Shown here one piece after another: positions 9,983-20,300 of a stretch of DNA of 24,923 bases. Made by a program: the position numbers and the translations under genes. This DNA comes from Paraspadella gotoi (taxonomy: Eukaryota; Animalia; Chaetognatha), in the NCBI GenBank assembly GCA_051294375.1, contig CM119268.1, positions 7,436,202 to 7,461,124 of the forward strand, in the 5' to 3' direction. The first letter of the stretch is position 1; the number at the start of each line of letters is the position of its first letter. A model generated the notes under the pieces. The model was given only the letters and a program-made list of their open reading frames with translations. It made no database searches and had not been told where the DNA came from.

Positions 9983-10413
9983 TAATTCGATTGTTTTAAT
10001 TGATTTGTTGATTAGAATCATTTGATTTGTTGCATTTGAGATAAAAGTTTTTCTCTAGCTTTTAATGTATTCTTACATTATAGTAGAGTAGATAAAAACG
10101 TTTTGTTGAGGAGCATAAAAAACAATGTATTCACAGTTGAGAGTAAAAACAGTCTGAACATATTCAGAAAACAAATTTAAAAGTAAACAGTCAAACAAAA
10201 TCAGAAACCAAAGATCCATCTGGTGGAGGATGATTTTAATTGGATTCAAAAACAAAAGTCTCAGTTGAATTTAAAGGTTTAACAAAGGGATTTGAAGCCT
10301 CAATTTTGTGGCTACCTGGATGGCTAAGTTGGTGTGAACGAGGCATCCCAGAACCTCAGGCCCGGGTTCGAATCCCGGACGGGATAATTATTTTGTACAT
10401 GATTTAATTGCTA
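9983..10413 (-). mobile_element. Putative 5' LTR (~430 bp; terminal TG and CA missing)
   Basis: It abuts the PBS remnant upstream of gag, and the same sequence begins with TG after a PPT-like tract at 774. A third copy is at 2849-3294. Confidence 0.65.
10311..10394 (+). ncRNA. tRNA-like Pol III cassette (A box, B box/T-arm, T4) inside the putative LTR
   Basis: A box TGGCTAAGTTGG at 10321-10332, T-arm CCGGG-TTCGAAT-CCCGG at 10362-10378, and TTTT at 10391-10394. Acceptor and anticodon stems are poor. Noisy copies occur at ~3192-3275 and ~795-892 (minus). Confidence 0.6.
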
Positions 10414-10683
10414 GAAAAGAACGCTAAAGGTTCCCATCCTTTGGGACCACGCTATTCGAGGACAGCTCCAACTGCGTGGTCCGACGCATCTGTTGTGACA
10501 CACAGCTGGGCACCCTTCGACCGTGAACTTTATGGAGTATTTCGCGCAGTCCGCCACTTCCGCCACTGGGTAGAAGGTAGGAGCTTTACCATCTATACAG
10601 ACCATCAGAGTCTTATCCCCGCCTTAAAGAAAAAATCTGAAGCACAAACGGCGCGTCAAGCTTATCAGCTATCAGTAATAGCT
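10414..10683. mobile_element. Rearranged RNase H fragment: direct copy of 7086-7186 fused to an inverted copy of 6881-7050
   Basis: 10414-10514 matches 7086-7186 and 10514-10683 matches the reverse complement of 6881-7050, with about 4 substitutions in total. A second, noisy copy is at 3295-3575. Confidence 0.95.
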
Positions 10684-10813
10684 AGTATTTTTACAACAAC
10701 AATTTAATTTGAGAATAGACGAACATGTTTTGGCTCAAATTCAAGAAATCAATAAATAAGAGAAAAACTGATCAACTTGAAACACAATTTCTATGGTTTT
10801 TATCATTCTTTAG

Positions 10814-10922
10814 TTGGATGAAACCGAGGCTCTGAACGACAACGAGTCCATGAAAGAAAACAAAAGATTATCAAAAGAAAATTCGCCTTTGAAAGAAATT
10901 GCCTCAAAGAAATTGTCTAACA
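10814..10922 (+). pseudogene. Orphan intact copy of FReD-gene exon 3
   Basis: tttag|TTGGATGAAACC...TTGTCTAACA|gtaagt, 109 nt, open frame LDETEALNDNESMKENKRLSKENSPLKEIASKKLSN. A noisy copy is at ~3707-3822. Confidence 0.8.
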
Positions 10923-11879
10923 GTAAGTAAAGTTTTTAGTCGGATCCCACCTCTAAAATTCGCTTTGTCGGTCCGTCGGTCCGCCCCCTCAATCTTGTCG
11001 GGGATTAACTTATTTTATGTCAGAACATCGAATTATGATAAATTATTCGAGAATTGACAAAGTTTTTGTTTGCAACGAATTTTATTTATAGTTGAACAGA
11101 CATGTTTCGACTTGTTTTACAAGTCTTCATCAGCGTTTTGACAGAATGGTTTAAAATTTGTGCATAAGAAGAGAGAGAGAGAGAGAATAGGGTAAAAGTT
11201 TTCCAACAAAGTGGTGAGACAGAATAGTGGTCAGATGAGAGGACAGGTCAAGGTGAGGACAGATTGAATAAGTTGTGAAAAGAAGTGAAACTTAGAGAGA
11301 GAGAGAGAGAGAGAGTGAACAGGGATAAATAAATAATAAATGATACATTGTGCAATGTACAACAAAGATAAATGCTTCGAAACTAAAATTAGTAAAATTT
11401 AACAATTGTATAGTAGATAAATAGTTAAGGGATAGAAAGTGAAAAATGAAATGAAATTTGTGAAAAATGAAATATGAGAATTTTAAGTGTTAAGTAAATG
11501 ATTAAAATGAAATTTAAGGAGTAAGAAAGAGCTCAAGAATGTTTATCTTAAATAGACCAAAGCCCTGGCATCACAGCATTATTAATTTTAGAGAAATTTA
11601 TTAAGGTTTTGTAATAATTTGTAAATTGTAAATAATTTAAATAAGTTAAATAAAAAGTTAAATAATAAGTTAAATAATTAATGGTATGTTAATGTAAAGT
11701 TAACATTAAGTTAATTAGTAAGAGTTAAAAAATAAGTTCCTGATACCTGCAAAGTTTCTTGTTCCAAATTTAGTGGAGAAAACGAATATCACAATAATTT
11801 CCCGGATGCTCATTAAGGCGTAGTAAAGTTTTTAAATTTAACTTTAATTAAAATTCTAAAAGTGTGGAACGAACAACAT

Positions 11880-12355
11880 CATACTAATAAACATGTAATA
11901 AAAAAATTTTACTAAATTTTACAATTTACGCAGTAGGCCATATTTATACTAGTACTAAACAAATGTTAAAACTTCAAAAGTTTTTTTTAAGATTTTTTGC
12001 CGATTTGGATTCGTCATAAAAAGTTGATGAAAAGAAATATAAATCTTTTTGAAAAATTCCTTCATTAAGTGGGTCAAAAATTAGAAAAAGCTATATTTTA
12101 AGCTGAAAATTGATTTTTTATATATTAAATATAGTTTTTTAAATTTTTAACCTACTTAATGAAAGAATTTTTAAAAGTAATTTATATTTTCTATTGTCAA
12201 CTTTTGACGAGGAATTTAAATCTGCAATCAAAATTAAGAAGCCTATTTTGAAATTTTTTGATTTTATAAGGATAGTACTATATATAAATATAGCCTACTG
12301 CGAAAATTAAAAAACATAAAATTAATTTTTTTTACAAATTAATGTTCACTGATGG
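11880..12355. mobile_element. AT-rich palindromic foldback/MITE-like element, centre ~12110
   Basis: Nested inverted pairs: cgcagtaggc-catattta with taaatat-agcctactgcg, aaagttga with tcaacttt, ttcattaagt with acttaatgaa, and ctatattt with aaatatag. Confidence 0.75.
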
Positions 12356-12724
12356 TATNNNNNNNNNNNNNNNNNNNNNNNNNNNNNNNNNNNNNNNNNN
12401 NNNNNNNNNNNNNNNNNNNNNNNNNNNNNNNNNNNNNNNNNNNNNNNNNNNNNNNNNNTTAGTTTTTTATTATTGATCATGATTCTATATTATAAAAAAA
12501 TAGCCATATTCTTTAACCACTAATTATTAAAAGTTTTAGTTACTTAAAAGAGTAAGTAAATTTTTTTTTAAATTTTATATTATCAAAACTTGCTTCCCAT
12601 ATAAAAAAATCAAAAATTTGGTGAGAAATATAAAAAATGGATGGGAGAAGATGGATGATTCCTTTAGAAGAAAACATTGGAAATTAATAATCTGGTCTCA
12701 ATATAATTAGGTCTTTCGATGCGT

Positions 12725-12729
<5 letters not shown>

Positions 12730-12755
<26 letters not shown>
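12730..12755. repeat. (GA)n microsatellite
   Basis: Uninterrupted GA run. Another GA run is at ~11294-11315. Confidence 0.95.
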
Positions 12756-13376
12756 TTATTCATTCAATTTTTAAGAGAATTCTAAAAGAAACCGTTCCAA
12801 ATCATTTAACCTTCACGGTTGTCCACCGATCGAGTTCCAGACATTCATCACTGTATTCAAAATTCAAACCCTTTTTTTTTATCACAATCATTTTTTCGTA
12901 AAAATGACAAAAAATATTAGAATTCGCAAAAAAAAAATATGGTTTTAGTATACCTAGGATTCGTAGTTATTTTGTTTGTTTTTTTGTTTTTTTTTTGTTG
13001 TTTTTTTTTTTAATCTAGAGCACTTTAAAGCTTTTAAAACCTTACAAAAAATCATCACAGAGGAATCAATACTCCAGAATCGAAATCGGATCAGCGACTC
13101 GAGCAAACTCCGCCGGAAGTAGAAAAGAACATTCTCATTGGATGAAAGACAAATGGCATCGGCCAATGGGCAGATGGGCTTCTTTCCGGCTGCAAACTTT
13201 ACCCTTACCTCCGATCTGATTGCACTGTATAAATATTGCAGTATATAAATATAAACCCAACTTGTATTGATTCTCTCTGCCTCAAGAATTGACACCGTCT
13301 TGTATTAATGTCTAAATTCTGAAGAAATAAATCCACTTTGGTTTCGCCTAGAAATCTCTGTCTATTTACTTAATTT

Positions 13377-13410
13377 TGGTGGCAGTGGTGAGATTCGAAC
13401 CCACGCCTCC
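13377..13410 (-). other. 3' fragment of tRNA-Leu including CCA (extended PBS on the + strand, or retroposed tRNA fragment)
   Basis: Minus strand reads GGAGGCGTGGGTTCGAATCTCACCACTGCCA-CCA, closely resembling the metazoan tRNA-Leu(NAG) 3' end. No 5' half is present. Confidence 0.85.
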
Positions 13411-13523
13411 ATTGTAAAATAAAATTTAAAAATTGTATGGTAAAGTCGATTATAAACGATGTAGAAAGGCGATTACGAAATCAGTGCTTGATGTTTTCCC
13501 TATGAAGCAATTCGTTTGTTAAT

Positions 13524-13569
13524 CTCTCTCTCTCTCTCTCTCTCTCTATCACACTCTCTCTCTCTCTCT
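13524..13569. repeat. Interrupted (CT)n microsatellite
   Basis: Visible CT runs separated by atcaca. Confidence 0.95.
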
Positions 13570-13794
13570 ACCAGCTTCTCTTTTTATTATTTTCTTATAA
13601 TTGCCATGAGCCCAATGATAATAAATACGGCTCAGTTTCTGATTAATTCTTTCCTCAGACTTCTTCATAATAAACAAAATTTTTCTCAGAAACTTTTCAC
13701 TCATACATCTTTCTTTTACCTAATCGGAGTTTCCTAGGCCAACTCTTTTTTTTTCTGTCTTTTTCTTATTTATTTATTTTTCTAAACGACGAAG

Positions 13795-15182
13795 ATGGGG
13801 AAGTTTCTTATTTGTATTTTGTTGATGTCCCTCGTGATGGGCGCTTGCGGAGGTAAGGACTTTAAGGATGTGGTGAAAACAATCCCTGTCACACTTACAG
13901 TTACGCTGAGCACATTACCTTTGTTGATTCAGAATCAGTGAATCGCTTGAGGCGAGAAGATGTTTCCGGAAAAGAGGTAAGTGAGGGTGGGTTAAGATTA
14001 GCTTCCATTTTACCATTTACATTCTTATTAGTATGTATGTCATGTGAAATATATTTAAATAAAAAATCATTCTTTTTTGTTGTTTTTTGTAGATTAAAGA
14101 GGTCATTTGAGTATTTTTAACAAAACAATTTAATTTGTGATAATAGACGAAACATCGTTTTGGCTCAATTCGAGAATCAATAAATAAGAGAAAAACTGAT
14201 CAACTTGAAACACGATTTCTATGGTTTTTATCATCATTTAGTTGGATGAAACCGAAACTCTGAACGACAACGAGTCCATGAAAGAAAACAAAAGATTATC
14301 AAAAGAAAATTCGTCTTTGAAAGAAATTGCCTCAAAGAAATTGTCTAACAGTAAGTAAAGTTTTTAGTCGGATCTGCTTATAAGCAGATTATAATTATAA
14401 TTCAATTATAATTCACTTTGTCGGTCCGACAGTTCGACCCCTCAATCTTGTCGGGGATTAACTTATTTCATGTCAGAACATGGAATTATGATAAATTATG
14501 CAAAAAAACGATGTCCGTCCGTCTGTCCGTCCGTCCATCCATCCCAAAAACTCGTGATTAGATAGATGGATTGGAATGAAATTTTGTATGTGGTTAGGGA
14601 AGTGNNNNNNNNNNNNNNNNNNNNNNNNNNNNNNNNNNNNNNNNNNNNNNNNNNNNNNNNNNNNNNNNNNNNNNNNNNNNNNNNNNNNNNNNNNNNNNNN
14701 NNNNNNNNNNNNNNNNNNNNNNNNNNNNNNNNNNNNNNNNNNNNNNNNNNNNNNNNNNNNNNNNNNNNNNNNNNNNNNNNNNNNNNNNNNNNNNNNNNNN
14801 NNNNNNNNNNNNNNNNNNNNNNNNNNNNNNNNNNNNNNNNNNNNNNNNNNNNNNNNNNNNNNNNNNNNNNNNNNNNNNNNNNNNNNNNNNNNNNNNNNNN
14901 NNNNNNNNNNNNNNNNNNNNNNNNNNNNNNNNNNNNNNNNNNNNNNNNNNNNNNNNNNNNNNNNNNNNNNNNNNNNNNNNNNNNNNNNNNNNNNNNNNNN
15001 NNNNNNNNNNNNNNNNNNNNNNNNNNNNNNNNNNNNNNNNNNNNNNNNNNNNNNNNNNNNNNNNNNNNNNNACCATCACAAGACCTATATCACTTTTCTC
15101 TCAAACACTTTTGATAACTGTGGATCAAAGATTTTCAATGAGAGCAATACATGGCAGCAGTACAAAGCCGGATTCAGCTTTG
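13795..15182 (+). pseudogene. Partial duplicate of the FReD gene, exons 1-4 (13795-13852, 13933-13976, 14242-14350, <15072-15182)
   Basis: MGKFLICILLMSLVMGACG / ESVNRLRREDVSGKE / LDETETLNDNES...KKLSN / HHKTYITFLSNTFDNCGSKIFNESNTWQQYKAGFSF. Frames are open and the visible splice sites are GT-AG; the exon 4 acceptor lies in an N gap. Homology to the full copy stops at ~16766, before exon 5. Confidence 0.8.
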
Positions 15183-16234
15183 GTGAGGAGTAAATTTTAC
15201 ATTCTTAAAGTTATAATTATTTCTCAATCCTTAAGACAAATGATTTTTAGCTAAGACACTTTTTTTTAAATTATTAAAATGGTTGGTTGGTTGGTGGAGC
15301 ACTGGGGAACAAAAATTTTATTTGAGTGAACAAACAAGGATATTTAAACGTAAGATAGTATGATTAAGGAATACATAAAATATTTTGCTTATTCTAATTT
15401 TTTATAAACAGTTAGATAAATATAATTAAATATAAAATATTTTATTAAAAATGTTAATATCTTCAGNNNNNNNNNNNNNNNNNNNNNNNNNNNNNNNNNN
15501 NNNNNNNNNNNNNNNNNNNNNNNNNNNNNNNNNNNNNNNNNNNNNNNNNNNNNNNNNNNNNNNNNNNNNNNNNNNNNNNNNNNNNNNNNNNNNNNNNNNN
15601 NNNNNNNNNNNNNNNNNNNNNNNNNNNNNNNNNNNNNNNNNNNNNNNNNNNNNNNNNNNNNNNNNNNNNNNNNNNNNNNNNNNNNNNNNNNNNNNNNNNN
15701 NNNNNNNNNNCATATTTTACAAAAGCTTTTTCAGTTTTGTCAGTTTTTTTGGCGAATCCAAAACGGTTCTTAAAATTTTAAAAAATATAACTTTGAAATT
15801 TTATGATTTTATAAGGATATTACTATAAATAAATTTAATTTATGATACTGTTATGCAAATTTTTTTGGAAAAAGGGCTTAATTATTTTTTTTAAAATACA
15901 AAAGCAGAAAAAAAACTTTGTTCCATTGCTAAACACAAAATAGCTATTATATCTGTAATAGTACTGAGAATTATGGTATGAATGTTGTGATTGTTTAGAG
16001 TGTAGGTTTTTTGAACCAAATTTTAAAAACAATTTTTAAAATATCATTAAATCTTTATGAAAAAAAGTTTTAAACCTATATAATTCATTCTAATGTCTTT
16101 TGGCTTACAGATTTTATCATCAATTTTTATTTACNNNNNNNNNNNNNNNNNNNNNNNNNNNNNNNNNNNNNNNNNNNNNNNNNNNNNNNNNNNNNNNNNN
16201 NNNNNNNNNNNNNNNNNNNNNNNNNNNNNNNNNN

Positions 16235-17207
16235 TATATTTAAGCTTGAAGAAAAATTTTATTTATGAATTAACCGAAAGAAGACTGTCTAAAGAACTCA
16301 TTGGTATCCTCAATTTTTTACATTAAAGTCTTATTATATTCTCAATAATACTCACCATTTCATTACTTTTTTAAAGAAAAAATAATATATTTTGATTAAT
16401 AACTTTTTAACTAAAAGTCGGAGAAGGTTGGGAGTGGTCTTAAATTAAAGCTCTCGGTTTACTGATATCGTTTGACATATAGATGTTTGAATTGAGTCTA
16501 TATTTTGCAAAATTAGTACAAAAGTTATCAAATTTTCTCCAAAATTAACTTACCAACTTCAACTGCTATTTAAAAAAAACTAAGTTTGAAAAAAATTTTC
16601 GACTTAGCCTAAGCTCTTGTCCAGACAGCAACCTTTCAGGTTTTTATCATTCCAGAGATGGTATATTTCCATTTTCTTTTTCCTCCTATAAAAAGAACCG
16701 TGTAAATATTTTCATCACTCCACTCCATTGGATATGCTATGTTTAAAACAGTTTGAAGTAAGAATGACTTAAATAAATTAAAAATTACGTTTTTTAAAGA
16801 TTTTTGGGACTTTTTTTGGTAGTATCTCAATAAATATTTATCGTAAAGAGTTGGCAATAGGCTCAAAATGAAGGTCACATCCTATAGTTTCTAGTCCATA
16901 TATATTAAGTAAAATTATATAAAATCATTATGGTAAATTATTTAAAAATTTAATTTATATTTTTTTAAATTTTTGGGGGGATGATGTACCTATATTTAAG
17001 CTTGAAGAAAAACTTTATTTATGAATTAATTGAAAGAAGACGTTCTATAGAACTCGTTGGTATCCTCAATTTTTTAGATTAAAGTCTTATTATATTCTCA
17101 ATAATACTCACCATTCCAATACTTTTTTTTTTTAAAAATAATATATTTTGATTAATAACTTTTTAACCAAAAGTTGGAGAAAGTTGAGAGTGGTTTAAAT
17201 TAAAGCT
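16235..17207 (+). repeat. ~215-bp direct repeat pair (16235-16452 and 16991-17207)
   Basis: Both read tatatttaagcttgaagaaaa...ggtatcctcaattttt...ctcaataatactcaccatt...taaattaaagct. Confidence 0.9.
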
Positions 17208-17325
17208 ATTAAATTTTTCTCAGAAACTTTTCACTCATACATCTTTCTTTTAGCAAATCGGAGTTTTGTAGGCCAACTCTTTTTTTTCTGTCTTTTTTTT
17301 TAATTTATTTTTTTAAATGACGAAG

Positions 17326-20300
17326 ATGGGGAAGTTCCTTATCGTGATTTTGTTGATATCCTTCGTGATGGTCGCTTGCGGAGGTAAGGGCTTTAAGGAT
17401 GTGGTGAAAACAATCCCTGTCACATTTACAGTTACGCTGAGCACATTAACTTTGTTGATTCAGAATCAGTGAATCACTTGAGGCGCGAAGATGTTTCCGG
17501 AAAAGAGGTAAGTTAGGGTGGGTTATCAGTATGTATGTCATGTGAAATATATTTAAATAAAAAATCATTATGTGTATATCCTTTCTTTTTTGTTGTGTTT
17601 GTAGATTAAAGAGTCAGTTTGAGTATTTTTGCAACAACAATTTAATTTGATAATAGACGAACATGTTTTGGCTCAAATTCGAGAAATCAATAAATAAGAG
17701 AAAAACTGATCAACTAGAAACTCGATTTCTATGGTTTTTAATCATAATTTAGTTGGATGAAACCGAGGCTCTGAACGACAACGAGTCCATGAAAGAAAAC
17801 AAAAGATTATCAAAAGATAATTCGTCTTTGAAAGAAATTGCCTTAAAGAAATTGTCTAACAGTAAGTAAAGTTTTTAGTCGGATCTGCTTATAAGCAGAT
17901 TATAATTATAATTCAAAATATAATTATAAATTATAATTCACTTTGTCGGTCCGTCGGTTCGCCCCTCAATCTTGTTGGGGATTAACTTATTTCATGTCAG
18001 AACATCGAATTATGATAAATTATGCAAAAAAACGATGACCGTCCGTCTGTCCATCCGTCCATCCGTCCCACCTTAACAAAAAACTCGTGATTGGATAGAT
18101 GGATTGGAATGAAATTTGGTATGTGGTTAGGGAAGTGTGTGATTGAGCTGCATATGAAGTTTCGATGGCATCGTCCGAGTGGAAATGAGTTTAAATGGAA
18201 AAAACAAAAAAATATATTTCATTATTTGAACACTAATTGTCCTAAAATTTTGTATGTGGGTAGGAAAGTGTGTGATTAAGCTGGAAATCAAGTTTCGATG
18301 GAATCGTTTGAGTGGAAATGAGTTTAAATGGAAAAAAACAAAAAACCTGTTTCACTAATTGATTATGCTTTTTTTTCTTTTTATATTAAATTTAAATGCA
18401 AGATGTATAAATTATTCAAATAATTAATCAGTTAATTATTCAATTACTCAATTAATTAATCAATTATAAATTAATCAGTCAATTAATCAATCAAAACAAA
18501 CATTTTGGATCAAGTTAATTAATTAATTGACTAATTGAAATAATTAATTATTAATTATTAATTATTTAATTACCGATAATGATCGTGGGCAGATCCGACA
18601 TTGTTTGCTCAAACTTGTCTAAATATAAGGACTTACAAATACAAAATTTGACAACAAAATTGTTTAATGTGAATGAACTCCGCAATATAATACATGTAAA
18701 TTTTTTTTTCAGTGAAAAAGCGAAATGACGCAGATACAGAAATGTGTGATGAAAAAATGCGTAAGATATCATTAGCTATTTTTTATTCATTAATTCATTT
18801 TTACCTATATATTTATTAAATATCATGGCCAAATTGGCTATATATCTTTTTTTCCAGTTGAAAACCACCATCACAAGACCTATATCACTTTTTTCTCAAA
18901 CAATTTTGATACCTGTGGATCAAAGATTTTCAATGAGAGCAATACATGGCAGAAGTACAAAGCCGGATTCAGCTTTGGTGAGGAGTAAATTTTACATTCT
19001 TAAAGTTATAATTATTTTTCAATCCTTAAGACAAATGATTTTTAGCTAAGACACTTTTTTTAAAATTATTGGTTGGATATTAGAGTGGAGCACTGGGGAA
19101 CAAAAATTTTATTTGAGTGAACAAACAAGGATATTTAAACGTAAGATAGTATGATTAAGGAGTACATTTAATATTTTGCTTATTCTAATTTTTTATAAAA
19201 AGTTAGATAAATATAAATAAATATTTTATTAAAAATGTTAATGTCTTCAGTGTCAAAAATGGAAAAAAAGGTCAAAATTCTTCACTTTTTCATGATATGA
19301 AGTAGAAACTACTATATTATAAAATGTTTTAGTCATTTTTTGCAGCTTTAACATAATAATATCATAAACATATTTTATAAAAGCTTTTTCAGTTTTGTCA
19401 TTTTTTTTTGGCGAATCCAAAACGGTTCTTAAAATTGAAAAAAATATCACTTTAAAATTTTATGATTTTATAAGGATATTACTATAAAAAAATTTAATTT
19501 ATGATACTGTTATGCAATTTTTTTTGGAAAAAGGGCTTAATTTTTTTTTTACAAATACAAAAGCAGAAAAAAAACTTTGTTCCATTGCTAAATATTTTCA
19601 TCACTCCACTCTATTGGATATGCTATGTNNNNNNNNNNNNNNNNNNNNNNNNNNNNNNNNNNNNNNNNNNNNNNNNNNNNNNNNNNNNNNNNNNNNNNNN
19701 NNNNNNNNNNNNNNNNNNNNNNNNNNNNNNNNNNNNNNNNNNNNNNNNNNNNNNNNNNNNNNNNNNNNNNNNNNNNNNNNNNNNNNNNNNNNNNNNNNNN
19801 NNNNNNNNNNNNNNNNNNNNNNNNNNNNNNNNNNNNNNNNNNNNNNNNNNNNNNNNNNNNNNNNNNNNNNNNNNNNNNNNNNNNNNNNNNNNNNNNNNNN
19901 NNNNNNNNNNNNNNNNNNNNNNNNNNNNNNNNNNNNNNNNNNNNNNNNNNNNNNNNNNNNNNNNNNNNNNNNNNNNNNNNNNNNNNNNNNNNNNNNNNNN
20001 NNNNNNNNNNNNNNNNNNNNNNNNNNNNNNNNNNNNNNNNNNNNNNNNNNNNNNNNNNNNNNNNNNNNNNNNNNNNNNNNNNNNNNNNNNNNNNNNNNNN
20101 NNNNNNNNNNNNNNNNNNNNNNNNNNNNNNNNNNNNNNNNNNNNNNTTATAAATAACAGTTTGAAGTAAGAATGAGAAAGTATTTAACTACCAATAAATA
20201 TTTTTTCTCTTAAGGGGGAAATATATGGCTTGGATTGGACACGCTACACAGCCTGACCAAATCAGGAAAATGGAATTTGATTATAAAGGTGAAATGGTGG

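Noticed and set aside
10311-10385. Functional tRNA gene
   Set aside because: The acceptor and anticodon stems do not pair properly; only the A box and T-arm are good.
10408-10707. 99-aa ORF with RNase H similarity as a gene
   Set aside because: A chance fusion of antisense and sense pol fragments with a non-ATG start.
17605-17735. Additional exon after the tgtag acceptor-like site (also at 14093)
   Set aside because: An in-frame TGA follows after five codons in both copies, and exon 2 joins exon 3 in frame without it. A 9-12 nt microexon cannot be excluded.
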